Below, one piece after another: positions 18,449 through 29,608 of a stretch of DNA of 64,000 bases (position 1 is its first letter; every line of letters starts with the position of its first letter). Below the pieces are notes generated by a model. It was not told where the DNA came from and did not search any database. It worked only from the letters and a program-made list of their open reading frames with translations. Origin of the DNA: Microcoleus sp. (lineage in GTDB: Bacteria; Cyanobacteriota; Cyanobacteriia; Cyanobacteriales; Microcoleaceae); the NCBI GenBank assembly GCA_042408215.1, contig JAYFMW010000017.1, forward strand, positions 512,001 through 576,000, written 5' to 3'. A program made the position numbers and the translations under genes.

Positions 18449-19296
18449 TAGCAATTTGGTTTTTTCTTATTTTGCGGTTCTGGCAAGATGGCAAACCAGC
18501 AGAATAACCCGAAAATGAATACAGCAATCATTGAAAAAATTACTGACCCATTTCCTTCGTGCCAGTATTTAAATGCTTCGGGTTGAGATAGCGATACCAG
18601 CACAGCCATGAGAGCAACTCGCGCTGCATTCACTATAAATCCAATCAGGACTGCAATGATAGGTACTACAATTTTCTGTCCCACAGTTGTAGGAAACATT
18701 AGTAAAAAAACTAGCGCTAGTCCTAACACTTGTAGGATGGCATTGACTCCCGAACAGCCGTGATAGACTTCCACGCTGCCTTTTTCTAATACAAGAAATA
18801 CTCCTTGACGAACTACTTCAAATCCTAAATAGTGCAGGATAAAAGCCGAAAATTTAGCAGTTAATAGGGCGACATTAACAAATACTCCTATCAACCCTGG
18901 AGGAATAGCTGTATAGGCAAGAATTAGCAATTCCTGCCAATATTGTTTCAGTCCTTTTGTTCCTGAAGCCAGCAAAGCGAGACTTATTCCCGACAAGAAA
19001 GGCGTTGCTCTGATAAAAAAGTCGTAGCCAGATATCGACGAACTTTTGAGCAAGATTAAAGCAATTAGCGAAGCCCCAAAGCAACTGCCGAAAACCCCGC
19101 TTTCTAAAGTTAAGGATTCGTGTCTTTCCCAAATTAGAAAGCACACGACTCCCCAAAATAGTAGCATTGTGCCGAATAGGTCGGTGTTTTCTGTTCTCGA
19201 AGTCAGAGTTAGGTGCAGGGCGATCAAACCTGCTGCTATCCCTAATAGCCAGTATTTAGGTTCTTGGAGGTGCTTGAGCCAGTTGATTTCGGTCAT
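18448..19296 (-). CDS. crtA: Cyanoexosortase A
   Basis: Multi-TM; VEVYHGCSG (Cys), NAARV (Arg) and YWHEG (His) exosortase triad. Confidence 0.9.
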   Translation of the reverse strand: MTEINWLKHLQEPKYWLLGIAAGLIALHLTLTSRTENTDLFGTMLLFWGVVCFLIWERHESLTLESGVFGSCFGASLIALILLKSSSISGYDFFIRATPFLSGISLALLASGTKGLKQYWQELLILAYTAIPPGLIGVFVNVALLTAKFSAFILHYLGFEVVRQGVFLVLEKGSVEVYHGCSGVNAILQVLGLALVFLLMFPTTVGQKIVVPIIAVLIGFIVNAARVALMAVLVSLSQPEAFKYWHEGNGSVIFSMIAVFIFGLFCWFAILPEPQNKKKPNC

Positions 19297-19508
19297 TCGA
19301 TTTGAGATTTTAGATTTTAGATTTTAGATTTTGGAGGCGACCCCACGGATAAATTCTCTTTCTTGAGGATTTTAGAGGTTGCAGGGCACAGCGAACAATG
19401 CTTCACAATGCAAGGATTGATTCCACGGATAAATCACGTGGCGGGTACCATCAAGAAATTCACAGGTCATGGCTAGTTTTTGTTGGTAGTATAATCTGAG
19501 AAAGTGTG

Positions 19509-19665
19509 TCAGTAGTTATTGGTGATTGGTGATTGGTTTTCGATCGCAGCCAACAACCAATAACTAATGACTGCTGACTGATGACTAATGACTAATGACT
19601 AATGACTAATGACTAATGACTAATGACTAATGACTAATGACTAATGACTAATGACTAATGACTAA
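19509..19665. repeat. Heptamer STRR array (CTAATGA)n with a short complementary arm
   Basis: Tandem heptamers overlapping the rfbB stop codon. Confidence 0.9.
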
Positions 19666-20759
19666 TGAGCGTAAACCTTGCGGTAGTATGTCTGATATTC
19701 CTCGGAAAGCAGGGGTTCCCACCAATCGCGATTGGCTAAATACCATTCTACGGTGCGCCGCAAACCTTCTTCAACTGTTACTGATGGAGTCCAACCTAAC
19801 TCTGTTTTAATTTTGGTTGCATCGATCGCATAACGTCGATCGTGCCCGGCTCGATCTTTCACAAAGGTAATTAATTGTTCGCAAGGACGCGCCGGCAAAT
19901 CTTCAGCCAATTCGTCCATTAGCTGGCACAGCATCTTGACTAAATCGAGATTTTTTACCTCGTTGTTGCCACCAACATTGTATGTTTCCCCTGGTTGGCC
20001 GCGGTGAATTACGGCATCTAAAGCGTGGCAGTGGTCGAGTACGTAAAGCCAATCTCGGACGTTTTGACCGTCGCCGTAAACGGGTAGTGGCTTGCCCAAA
20101 AGCATATTGAGACACATGAGGGGAATCAGCTTTTCTGGGAAGTGATAGGGGCCGTAATTGTTGGAGCAATTGGTGATAATTGTGGGGAGGCCGTAGGTGT
20201 GGAAATAGGCGCGGGCGAGGTGGTCACTGCCAGCTTTTGAAGCTGAGTAGGGACTGTTGGGAGCATAAGGTGTCGTTTCTGTAAAGGCTGGATCGTCGGG
20301 GCCGAGACTGCCATAAACTTCGTCGGTGGAAACGTGCAGAAAGCGATCGCCCTCTGGTTGTCCTTTGGCGATCCACTGTTGGCGGAAGGCTTCGAGGAGG
20401 GTGAAGGTACCGATCACATTTGTTTGGACGAAAGCTTCGGGCCCTAAAATTGACCTGTCTACGTGAGATTCAGCCGCAAAGTGGGCGACTGTATTGATGT
20501 TTTCTGATTGCAGCAAGCTATCGACGAGGGCGCGATCGCAGATATTCCCCTGTACAAACCGAAAATTTTCTCCCCCTTCCAAGCTTGCTAGGGTTTGCTT
20601 GTTTCCGGCGTAGGTTAAAGCGTCGAGTACGACTACTCGATCGCCCGGATAGCTACAGCACCAGTGATGCACAAAATTCGAGCCGATAAATCCAGCGCCG
20701 CCCGTCACTAAGATCCGGCGAGGCGTGAGCTCAATGCCTTGATTCTTGCTGTCTGTCAT
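19662..20759 (-). CDS. rfbB: dTDP-glucose 4,6-dehydratase
   Basis: GGAGFIG, AAESHVDRS, STDEVYG, YSASK and GHDRRYAID. Confidence 0.97.
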   Translation of the reverse strand: MTDSKNQGIELTPRRILVTGGAGFIGSNFVHHWCCSYPGDRVVVLDALTYAGNKQTLASLEGGENFRFVQGNICDRALVDSLLQSENINTVAHFAAESHVDRSILGPEAFVQTNVIGTFTLLEAFRQQWIAKGQPEGDRFLHVSTDEVYGSLGPDDPAFTETTPYAPNSPYSASKAGSDHLARAYFHTYGLPTIITNCSNNYGPYHFPEKLIPLMCLNMLLGKPLPVYGDGQNVRDWLYVLDHCHALDAVIHRGQPGETYNVGGNNEVKNLDLVKMLCQLMDELAEDLPARPCEQLITFVKDRAGHDRRYAIDATKIKTELGWTPSVTVEEGLRRTVEWYLANRDWWEPLLSEEYQTYYRKVYAH

Positions 20760-20975
20760 ATAAATAACAATTTTTCCAATAACTAAGCCTTCTCAAAAAT
20801 AGCCTTAAAAGTAGCTTGTCACCAACTGTTCACCGCATTTGCCTTCTGCCTTCAACATCCGCTATAGTTGGCAGATGCGATCGATCCGTGATGTCGATCA
20901 GTCCCCTGTTGATAGATTTGTAAAGAGCTGTTACCATTAATTTTTTAATGATCCTTTACAGATTTCCAGAGCACC

Positions 20976-21512
20976 ATGAAAAAGTTTCAAGTGTTAGCTG
21001 GCATTGTTTCGACAGTCGCGATCGCAGGTAGTATAGCCTTCGGTGAGGCTGCATCTGCTGAGACCTGTTTTTATAACAAATCCGGCGCTCCTAAATCCGG
21101 TTTTGGGACAACTCTGGTTGGTTCCGGGGGCGAGGCTCAAATGAATCCATGTAAATCTTACTACAAAGCAGCAGCCCTAGGTTTCCTCGGCTTGGCTGGG
21201 GTTTTGGGTGGCGGTGCTGGGTACATGAGTTATCGCGTCGGTAAGCGGGCTAGTGCTGCTTGCGCTGCGATGAGCGACAATTTTGAAGTTTTTGAAGAGT
21301 CGATCGCTCCGATCGCAGAGAATGGTGTTGCTGAATACCTGGAAGTTCCCGGCGAACTCGATTTCGCTGCGGATGCCGTGAGGAAGCCTAATGTGGCTGT
21401 AACTGAGTCAGCAGAAGCCGTTGCAGTCGTTCGCGAACACCCGGAAGCACCGGGCGGCGAACTGGATTTACCCGTTGTTGAAGTTGTCGAGTTGCTATCC
21501 CCGAAGCATTGA
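20976..21512 (+). CDS. Hypothetical membrane-anchored protein
   Basis: Signal peptide, one TM segment and an acidic C-terminus. Confidence 0.65.
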   Translation: MKKFQVLAGIVSTVAIAGSIAFGEAASAETCFYNKSGAPKSGFGTTLVGSGGEAQMNPCKSYYKAAALGFLGLAGVLGGGAGYMSYRVGKRASAACAAMSDNFEVFEESIAPIAENGVAEYLEVPGELDFAADAVRKPNVAVTESAEAVAVVREHPEAPGGELDLPVVEVVELLSPKH

Positions 21513-21765
21513 ACAAAACTCGACAATTTACGATCGTCCTGAAAGATGTCTTGTCTAAGGCGATCGTCAATGAGTTAGTTTAAATCCAAGTATTCGCCCT
21601 TTTGCCTTCAGTCTTTAAAGGCTGGGGGCTTGTTTGCGAAATTCTGGATCGTGCGAGTCCCATATTCACGATCGATCTAAGGATAGAGGGCAAAGGCTAA
21701 ACTTGGCTGCTATGGTATAAAATAAATCCCTATAAACCTAGTTTCCACATTAATCACAACATTTT

Positions 21766-22371
21766 ATGAGTTCTTTGCGCGATCGATTCAATCAATTTAC
21801 AGGTAAAACCCGATTCGCAGTTTGCCGCGTGTTCGTTCACCTAACCGGTGAGGAAGTCGCACCAGTGTTGGGAGTTCTCAACAGCACTGCTAGAGACGCA
21901 ATTGATGCCGATGGCGACTTAACAGTTTTAGGAGAATGCCTCGTAGAAGTTTGCAATCACCTATTGCAATACGATAACTACTGGCAATCAGCTGCCAACG
22001 AAGGTGATGTTTTTTGGGATGAAGGGGAAGCCGGCGATTATGTAGAGGAACTGTTTACTGATTCAGCGGAACGCTATCTCAGCGAACCTCAATATACCGA
22101 CTCTGTTTATGATAAAAATTCCCCCTTATCTTTGCCTGTCACCAGCAATGTAGTGGTGATGCTTACATTCGCTTATGAAGGCGAAGTTCCGGCACTGGAA
22201 ACAGACCTCGCCAATATCAGCGCGCTGAAATTAGGTTTGAAAGCAATGATTAATTTACATTACCAGCAAAAGCTTCGTGCTGTCCAAGTTCATTTTTCTC
22301 CCGCACAGTTGGGAGACGAACTTACTAACGATCAATTGTTGGTAAATTTCCCCGAACTCATTCCCCTTTAA
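21766..22371 (+). CDS. DUF1517-like conserved cyanobacterial protein
   Basis: YWQSAANEGDVFWDEGEA and C-terminal LLVNFPELIPL. Confidence 0.75.
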   Translation: MSSLRDRFNQFTGKTRFAVCRVFVHLTGEEVAPVLGVLNSTARDAIDADGDLTVLGECLVEVCNHLLQYDNYWQSAANEGDVFWDEGEAGDYVEELFTDSAERYLSEPQYTDSVYDKNSPLSLPVTSNVVVMLTFAYEGEVPALETDLANISALKLGLKAMINLHYQQKLRAVQVHFSPAQLGDELTNDQLLVNFPELIPL

Positions 22372-22379
22372 GGAAGTGA

Positions 22380-22607
22380 TTAGTCAGTAGTCAGGAGTCA
22401 TTAGTTATTAGTCATTAGTCATTAGTCAGTAGTCATTGGTTATTTGTTGGTTGTTATAATAACCAATTCCCGATTCCCAATTCCCAATTCCCAATTCCCA
22501 ATTCCCGATTCCCAATTCCCAATTCCCAATTCCCAATTCCCAATTCCCAATTCCCGATTCCCAATTCCCGATTCCCAATTCCCAATTCCCAATTCCCAAT
22601 TCCCAAT
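22380..22607. repeat. STRR arrays (TAGTCAT)n and (ATTCCCA)n
   Basis: Tandem heptamers. Confidence 0.9.
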
Positions 22608-22615
22608 TAGTATTT

Positions 22616-23485
22616 ATGCTGCGAAAGTTGATAGTTTATTTCATGGCTTTAAGTTTGTGTTTGACTACTCTAGCCTGCGGTTCAGAAGAGCCAACAGCTT
22701 CTGTAAATCGCAATGTCAATAATCCCACGGCTACCAGGGCTAACATCAAGAGTGTAACTCAAGGGCAATATCCCGTACAGCAAGCTACCTACGATGATGT
22801 GGAGGGCGAGTACAGTTTGATGTTGCTGAATACTCCCCCCGGAACTTCGTCTGTTTACCGTTCTACGGATTTGCAAATGGCTCGGTTAACTGATGCAGAA
22901 AGATCGGGAGGTAAGAAAAGTTATCTAAATCTGGAGAACAATAAAGCGAGCTTGCATTTGACAGAAGATTTTAAAATAGAGTACGTTCATAACGTGACTG
23001 AAACTGTCAATAACCCTCAAACTGGTCAGCCTCAAACGGTGGTAGTGAGACAACAATCAGGCTTCTGGGCACCGTTTGCTGGGGCTGTGGCTGGTCAGGC
23101 GATCGGCAGTTTGTTGTTTACACCGCGATATTATATGCCGCCAGCCTATCAGCCGGGGATTATGACCGGATATGGTGGGTATGGTAATACTTACGGCGAA
23201 GCTGTTAACCAATATCAAACTCGCTACCAAACTCCCCCTGCTGCGGTGAGAAACCGTCAAACTTTAAGAACGACTGGCCGCTTGCGATCGCCCACATCGA
23301 ACGTACCAGCAACACGCCAAGCATCGCCAAATGCTAATCGCTCGACGGGTTCGGGTTACGGTGGTAGCAATTTGAGGCGATCGCAAAATCCAACTTCCCC
23401 GCAAAGGCGTAGTCCGAGTTTTGGTAGCGGCGGGGCTTCTCGTCAACCGAGTCGGAGTGGCTCTTTCGGGAGCAGAAGGCGCTGA
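22616..23485 (+). CDS. Conserved hypothetical lipoprotein with Ser/Gly/Arg-rich tail
   Basis: Lipobox [18 protein letters not shown] motif. Confidence 0.8.
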   Translation: MLRKLIVYFMALSLCLTTLACGSEEPTASVNRNVNNPTATRANIKSVTQGQYPVQQATYDDVEGEYSLMLLNTPPGTSSVYRSTDLQMARLTDAERSGGKKSYLNLENNKASLHLTEDFKIEYVHNVTETVNNPQTGQPQTVVVRQQSGFWAPFAGAVAGQAIGSLLFTPRYYMPPAYQPGIMTGYGGYGNTYGEAVNQYQTRYQTPPAAVRNRQTLRTTGRLRSPTSNVPATRQASPNANRSTGSGYGGSNLRRSQNPTSPQRRSPSFGSGGASRQPSRSGSFGSRRR

Positions 23486-23500
23486 ATAATCTAGGTTTAG

Positions 23501-23538
23501 ACTGTAGGAAAGTTTGCCTTTCCTTGCAGTTTATTTTG
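23501..23538 (+). terminator. Probable intrinsic terminator
   Basis: ACTGTAGGAAAG/CTTTCCTTGCAGT hairpin followed by TTATTTT. Confidence 0.55.
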
Positions 23539-23828
23539 ATGATTCAAAAACCAGATAAGTTCTGCGACAATCCCGAATGGGTAAAAAAAGGAAGACTAAT
23601 TCTGTAGCGCAATGCGTCGCTTTTGAGTCCAAGACTGTTCAATCACAACCAGACCCAAAAATATGTGATTTAATTTCTATAGCGGTTTTCAAGGAAGTGA
23701 GGTACTGGAGGCAATTGGCAATTCACTTCTATGAAAAGGAAACATCTATGCCCTATGCCCTATGCCCTATGCCCATGAGCACCTTATTTACCTGAGAAAA
23801 GCTATACATTAGTATGTAGGTGACAAGT

Positions 23829-24836
23829 ATGTCTTCTTCACAACCCCCGTCCAGAGAAAAAAAACCTTTAGGATTGGATGAATTAATTGCGATCGTCGTT
23901 GCATTCGGCACGATAGGAGCAATTTTCTTTTGGGTAACAGGCAGAAATCCAGAGCGATTACGCACCGCAAATTGGCAATTTCCAGCGGTTTTTTCTCAAC
24001 CTGCTGTTACACCGGAGAGTCCAAGAATATTAACGCCAGCCCGGCCGAATTCGGCTGGGCGATCGCCCGCCGCGCCAATTCCCTCTCCCTCTCCATCACC
24101 AGCCCCTGTTGCACCATTACCGGAAGAAGTAGTCACTCCAATTCCTTTGGTTCCTCCGGTTAGCGTTGCACCAAAACAGCCAATTGGGCGATCGACTCAG
24201 CCCCCAGCAACTACCAAACCTAAAGCCACTAAAGCAAAAGTTGGCCCCGTCAAATTCTCCGATGTTCCTGATAAATATTGGGCGCGTCCATTTATTCTAG
24301 CTTTAGTCGATCGGAAAATCTTTGCTGATGTCACCGACAGCAAATTTCGTCCCGACGAACCGATAACGCGAGCCGAACTAGCCGGTTTAATTCAGCGAAT
24401 GTCGGACAAAGAACCGCGCCGAAAACCGATTGATTTTAAAGACGTAAAAGACAAGAGTCCTGTCGCTCCTTCCATCAACCACAGCGTCAAAACCGGATAT
24501 CTTAAAGGATACCCAAACAATGAGTTCCGTCCCGATAAACAAGTTCCCCGTGTAGAAGTAATCGCAGCTTTGGCCAGCGGTTTGAACCTGAAACCATCAA
24601 CGAAAGCAACCAAAACTTTACAAGTTTATACAGACAGAAAAAAAGTCCCGAAATGGGCCATTGACAAAGTAGCAGCAGCCACGGAAGCGGGGATTGTTGT
24701 CAACCATCCGAAGCGCCAACTTTTGCAGCCAAATCGCACAGCAACTCGCGCTGAAGTAGCGGCCATGATTTACCAAGCTATGGCAAAACAAGGAAAAGTA
24801 CCAGCTAAACCTTCTCAATACGTTGTCCGGCTTTAA
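23829..24836 (+). CDS. S-layer homology (SLH) domain protein
   Basis: N-terminal TM, Pro-rich linker, then FSDVP..YWA, FRPDEPITRAE and ATRAEVAAMIYQ. Confidence 0.9.
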   Translation: MSSSQPPSREKKPLGLDELIAIVVAFGTIGAIFFWVTGRNPERLRTANWQFPAVFSQPAVTPESPRILTPARPNSAGRSPAAPIPSPSPSPAPVAPLPEEVVTPIPLVPPVSVAPKQPIGRSTQPPATTKPKATKAKVGPVKFSDVPDKYWARPFILALVDRKIFADVTDSKFRPDEPITRAELAGLIQRMSDKEPRRKPIDFKDVKDKSPVAPSINHSVKTGYLKGYPNNEFRPDKQVPRVEVIAALASGLNLKPSTKATKTLQVYTDRKKVPKWAIDKVAAATEAGIVVNHPKRQLLQPNRTATRAEVAAMIYQAMAKQGKVPAKPSQYVVRL

Positions 24837-25022
24837 TTAGAGGAATGAAGTCATCACTACGAACCTGTTTGTAGCGATCGCTTCATACCAAATCCGGCTT
24901 AAATATCCCCTTATTTCTTAGTCCGTCCGCCTCCGTTCGAGGATAAACTCCGGCGGACTTCGTTTGTGTAGACGCGATTTCAATCGCCGAGTGATAAAGG
25001 GGATAACTACGAACAAACTAGA

Positions 25023-26564
25023 TTAATCTTGAAACACCATAATACTCCCCGAATAACAAGCCACCCAAACCTGATTAGTTTGCGGATCGTAAGTAATGCC
25101 GATCGGACTTGCATTCACATTCACCGTTTGCAGCACCTTCAGATCGCTCGTGCGAACCTTACTGACACTATTGGAGAAATAATTGACCACATAAATTAGT
25201 TTACCATCATCAGAAATCGCCATGCTGCGAGGAGCACTACCCGTCGAAACTTTATCCACAACCTCACCAGTTTTCAAGTCAATTTTTGCTACATTCCCTT
25301 CACCGTTTAAAGTCGCATAAAGATACTTACCATTAGGATCGATCGCCAAATGACGCGGCGCATTGCCAATATTTCGCAGCCATTTTACCGAAAAATCTCT
25401 GAGATTAACTTTAGCAATATCCGAAGAACCCATGACAGCAACGTAGGCAGTTTTTGAGTCGGGAGTAACAACAATACCGCGAGGATATGCACCCAATTTC
25501 ACCCGCTCGATTTCGCGGTTTTGATCGGTGTCAACTACGCTCAAATCCCAACTGCACCAATTACTCGCCAGCACCAAGCGATTGTCTGGCGAAACCGCAT
25601 TGAATTTCGGAACAGCACCCACAGGAATTACTTTTTCAATTTTCAGAGTTGCGGTATTAATTCTGTAGAGGAAACTTTGGTCATGTTTTGCTCCGGGAGA
25701 ACACCTGTCACTTCCCGGATTGTCAAACCCCGAACCATACATTTGATAGTTCGATACATAGGCGTATTTGCCATCACTTGAAAACGCAGCTTCAACGGGG
25801 GAACCTTGATAATTACCCTTGAATTTGGAAAAGCCGAACTTTGACAAATTTACTCGATCGGGAATAGTCTTGACTAACTTAAAGTTCCTGTCGTAAACTG
25901 TAATTGTGTGGCTGTACATCATGTTTTGAGCAAAAAACAAACCCGCTCCTGAATAAACTATTGATTTGGGCGATATGCTGCCATATATAGTTTTTTTCAG
26001 CGTCATTTTGCTGTTATTGTTGGCGCGAGGAGGAACCAGCTTTTTGGGTGTTTCTGGAGTGGGATTTGCGATCGCAGGCGCTGGTGAAGGCTGAGTTTTA
26101 GTGGTATCTTCTGATTTTTTTTGATTTTCGGTTTCAGTAGGAGATGGGGAAGAGCGATCGACTTTGGGAGAGATTTTTGCCGCAGGTGCTGATTTAGTGT
26201 CTTCCGGCTTAATTTTGAGTGCTGATAAAGTTTTATGGCCGACAATTCCGTCAACTTTGAGATTATTTTCTGCTTGGAACTTTCTCACAGCAGCAGCAGT
26301 GACAGAACCGTAAAATCCGGTAGCGCGGCCGCGAAAATATCCTGCATTTTGTAAAGTCTTCTGGAGTTCGGCAACTTCCGGGCCTGAATCGCCTCTTCTG
26401 ATGGCGAGTGCGGGATTGACCAAATTTAAGATTGTGAGAGCGATCGTCAAGAATAGTAAAGCAGTTGCAGCTAAATTCAGATGCGTTTTAGAATTAGTTC
26501 TTTGAAGCTGACTTGCAGGGGTTTCCCAAGTTTCAGCTAAATGCAGGTAAGCCAGTCCGTCCAT
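25023..26564 (-). CDS. Peptidoglycan-binding domain plus YVTN/YncE beta-propeller protein
   Basis: GDSGPEVAELQ..L...GFYGSVT..AV..FQ...DGIVG followed by repeated P.GI...PDG..YV blades. Confidence 0.9.
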   Translation of the reverse strand: MDGLAYLHLAETWETPASQLQRTNSKTHLNLAATALLFLTIALTILNLVNPALAIRRGDSGPEVAELQKTLQNAGYFRGRATGFYGSVTAAAVRKFQAENNLKVDGIVGHKTLSALKIKPEDTKSAPAAKISPKVDRSSPSPTETENQKKSEDTTKTQPSPAPAIANPTPETPKKLVPPRANNNSKMTLKKTIYGSISPKSIVYSGAGLFFAQNMMYSHTITVYDRNFKLVKTIPDRVNLSKFGFSKFKGNYQGSPVEAAFSSDGKYAYVSNYQMYGSGFDNPGSDRCSPGAKHDQSFLYRINTATLKIEKVIPVGAVPKFNAVSPDNRLVLASNWCSWDLSVVDTDQNREIERVKLGAYPRGIVVTPDSKTAYVAVMGSSDIAKVNLRDFSVKWLRNIGNAPRHLAIDPNGKYLYATLNGEGNVAKIDLKTGEVVDKVSTGSAPRSMAISDDGKLIYVVNYFSNSVSKVRTSDLKVLQTVNVNASPIGITYDPQTNQVWVACYSGSIMVFQD

Positions 26565-26699
26565 AATTTTTACCAAGTAGTTTTGGCACTATGCTACACC
26601 AGTTAACAGTTGAAAATATAGAAAATACTATTATAATTAAATGCAGTGTAAAATGTGCGAACAGTTTTTAATGGTGTCAGCCAGTAGGAGTCAGCAATC

Positions 26700-27902
26700 A
26701 TGTTGAGTTGGGAACAAACACCCGCAGAAGCAACGACAAAAGAATGCCCCCCGATAGTACAATATGACGGTTACGGCGGACTTTGCCAGCGGGCTTGGGT
26801 AGAAATCGATTTAGCAGCTTTAACCTATAATATAAAACAGCTTAAAAATATCTTATCTCCCGAAACAGAATTGATGGCAATTGTCAAGGCAGATGCTTAC
26901 GGCCACGGTGCGATCGCAGTTAGTCAAACAGCCTTGTCAGCAGGTGCTAGTTGGCTGGGAGTGGCGACAATTCCAGAGGGAATTGAATTGCGAGAAGCGG
27001 GGATAGAAGCTCCGATTTTACTATTGGGTGCAACTCATACAGCGGAACAGGTAAAAGCGATCGCCCATTGGCACTTGCAGCCGACTATTTGTACTCCCAA
27101 ACAAGCCCTAATTTTTTCCGAGTTGCTCGTCACGATCAACCAATCTTTGCCAGTTCACGCTAAGTTGGATACGGGAATGTCTCGCTTGGGTACACCAGGG
27201 CGGGAAGCAACAGAATTTGTGCAGTTGGTGCAGCGGTTGCCTAATTTGCAATTAGCTAGCGTTTACTCTCACTTGGCTACGGCAGATCATCCCGATCGCA
27301 CTATTATGTTACAGCAGCACCAGCACTTTGAACAAGCGATCGCCCAAATTAAGATAGCAGGAATTAATCCCGATCGCCTGCACTTGGCAAACTCTGCTGC
27401 TACCCTCACGAACCCCGATTTACATTACGATTTAGTGCGAGTCGGTTTAGCTACTTACGGTCTTTATCCAGCCCCTCACTTGCAAAGTGCGATCGATTTA
27501 AAGCCTGTAATGCAGGTAAAAGCTAGGGTAACGCAGGTGAAAACCATAGAACCAGGAACCGGTGTCAGTTACGGTCATCAATTCGTGGCCGAGCAACAGA
27601 CGCAGATTGCTGTAGTTGGCATCGGTTATGCCGATGGCATTCCGCGCAATCTTTCTAATAAAATGAAGGTTTTAATTAGGGGTAATTTTGTGCAGCAAGT
27701 GGGAGCAGTGACGATGGATCAATTAATGCTCGATGTAACCGATATTCCAGATTTAGAAGTCGGTGAAGTGGTGACTTTGTTGGGTCAAGATGGGGAAAAT
27801 CAGATTTCTGCTGATGATTGGGCTGCGACTTTAGGAACTATTTCGTGGGAAATTCTCTGCGGTTTTAAACACCGATTGCCACGCGTAGGAGTAAACTATT
27901 AA
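26700..27902 (+). CDS. alr: Alanine racemase
   Basis: VKADAYGHG PLP-lysine motif, KLDTGMSRLG and GYADG. Confidence 0.97.
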   Translation: MLSWEQTPAEATTKECPPIVQYDGYGGLCQRAWVEIDLAALTYNIKQLKNILSPETELMAIVKADAYGHGAIAVSQTALSAGASWLGVATIPEGIELREAGIEAPILLLGATHTAEQVKAIAHWHLQPTICTPKQALIFSELLVTINQSLPVHAKLDTGMSRLGTPGREATEFVQLVQRLPNLQLASVYSHLATADHPDRTIMLQQHQHFEQAIAQIKIAGINPDRLHLANSAATLTNPDLHYDLVRVGLATYGLYPAPHLQSAIDLKPVMQVKARVTQVKTIEPGTGVSYGHQFVAEQQTQIAVVGIGYADGIPRNLSNKMKVLIRGNFVQQVGAVTMDQLMLDVTDIPDLEVGEVVTLLGQDGENQISADDWAATLGTISWEILCGFKHRLPRVGVNY

Positions 27903-28221
27903 CTGTTTTTAGATGACTTGAGCTATGAGACAGTCCGGCTGGGGTTTAAACCCCTGTCGGACTGTCGGACTCTTGGAGCGATCGAAAAGACTGAGACTGC
28001 ATTTACCAATTCCCAATACTTCGGCTACGCTTAGTACAAGTTCCCAATTCCCAAGTTATATGACAGTATTGGGATTTTTTCAACTCTCACAGTCCAGGAC
28101 GCACAGCATCTACATATAGCGTTTTGTAGGGGCAATCCCCCGTGGTTGCCCCTATCCATAGGATTGTTGCGTCCAGGACTATTTCAAATCTCAAATATCC
28201 AATCAATCCGAGGTATTTTCT

Positions 28222-29343
28222 ATGAGCAAGTGGTATCCGCAGGAAATTTTGCAAGAAGCAGGTGTCAGGATTTCCCCAGCCGAAAAAAAAACAATTCTCA
28301 GCAAATTTCCGCCTCCAGACGAAAACGGTCAAATCTATGCAGACGGCATCTTTGAAGGCGGCGGCGTGCGGGGAGTTGCATTTTTAGGAGCACTCAGATG
28401 CTGTAGCGATTTGGGCATCCGCTGGCGAAAACTAGCCGGCACTTCTGCCGGTGCAATTACCGCCGCAGTATTAGCAACAGACTTGTCAATGGATGACTTA
28501 GAAGAACTGTTGGGACAGCTCGATTATAGCATATTCTTGAGCAAAAAAAACAGTCCTTTAATTATCAATGGCGACCCAGCAGACGACTTGCAATCCCCGG
28601 TTTGGACGCTATTTTTCCTAACAATTAGTCGCCAGATGGGAGAATATTCTTCCTTGCCTTTCCGCCAGTGGCTGGAAGCAACCCTCGCCCAAGGTCATTT
28701 GCGAACTTTTGCCGATGTTAAACAGGTAAAAGACCGCGAATTAAAAGTAGTAATATCCAACCTCAGTCGCGGTGAAATGTTGGTGCTACCAGACGATTTG
28801 CAGCGGCGCGAATCGGCGGATTCCGATGCTTTGTACCAGCAGTTACGACTCAACAGCGCCGAAGATTTTAGCGTAGCTGAAGCAGTGCGGTTGTCGATGA
28901 GTATTCCGCTATTTTTTGAACCGGGAAAACTCGGCAATGACCTAATTGTAGATGGGGGAATTCTGAGCAATTTCCCACTGTGGATTTATGACAGACAATC
29001 CGGTTCGACTCCCGTTGCACCCCGCTGGTTTACCTTTGGGTTTCGATTAGTTGATACTGGAATTGAGAATCAAGTTAACATTAACAGTCCGGTGTCGATA
29101 CTGGCGGCAATGTTCACAACTATGATGAAAGCAAGAGACCGCTATCACCAGCGGGAGATGGATAAAGGCAGAGTTATTAATATTGATGTGACAGAAGCCC
29201 AGGTGACGACGACAGACTTCAATCTAGATGCCGATCGCAAGGCTAAACTGTATCGGTTAGGATACTTGTATACTAAGAGGTTCTTCTTGAGTGCCAATTT
29301 TAGCTGGGAAAAGCACTTAAAGGCCAGGGGATTTGGGGAATAG
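28222..29343 (+). CDS. Patatin-like phospholipase
   Basis: GGGVRG, GTSAG and DGG motifs. Confidence 0.92.
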   Translation: MSKWYPQEILQEAGVRISPAEKKTILSKFPPPDENGQIYADGIFEGGGVRGVAFLGALRCCSDLGIRWRKLAGTSAGAITAAVLATDLSMDDLEELLGQLDYSIFLSKKNSPLIINGDPADDLQSPVWTLFFLTISRQMGEYSSLPFRQWLEATLAQGHLRTFADVKQVKDRELKVVISNLSRGEMLVLPDDLQRRESADSDALYQQLRLNSAEDFSVAEAVRLSMSIPLFFEPGKLGNDLIVDGGILSNFPLWIYDRQSGSTPVAPRWFTFGFRLVDTGIENQVNINSPVSILAAMFTTMMKARDRYHQREMDKGRVINIDVTEAQVTTTDFNLDADRKAKLYRLGYLYTKRFFLSANFSWEKHLKARGFGE

Positions 29344-29405
29344 GCATCGGTTCAGATGCCAGATGCTAAACAGAGTCAGGCTTTCAGGAAATTTTAAATT
29401 TGGGG

Positions 29406-29435
29406 TTGCCAAAGCCTGAATGTGTGTGCTATGAT
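29406..29435 (+). promoter_or_regulatory. tRNA promoter TTGCCA-18-TATGAT with extended -10 TG
   Basis: Ends 15 bp upstream of the tRNA. Confidence 0.6.
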
Positions 29436-29450
29436 TAGTTGCTGTCATCT

Positions 29451-29539
29451 GGAGAGGTGGCTGAGTGGTCGAAAGCGGCAGATTGCTAATCTGTTAAGGG
29501 TGTTATCACCCTTCGGGGGTTCGAATCCCCCCCTCTCCG
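29451..29539 (+). tRNA. trnS: tRNA-Ser(GCT)
   Basis: GGAGAGG/CCTCTCC acceptor stem, GCAGA-TTGCTAA-TCTGT anticodon arm, long variable arm and GTTCGAATC T loop; CCA not encoded. Confidence 0.97.
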
Positions 29540-29608
29540 TTCTACGGATATTTCAACTTAACAGTGAATAAGATATGTCAAAATATCTTATCTATGTTGG
29601 TATATCTT

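Noticed and set aside
20920..20934. NtcA box upstream of 20976
   Set aside because: Spacing is GTA-N9-TAC rather than N8.
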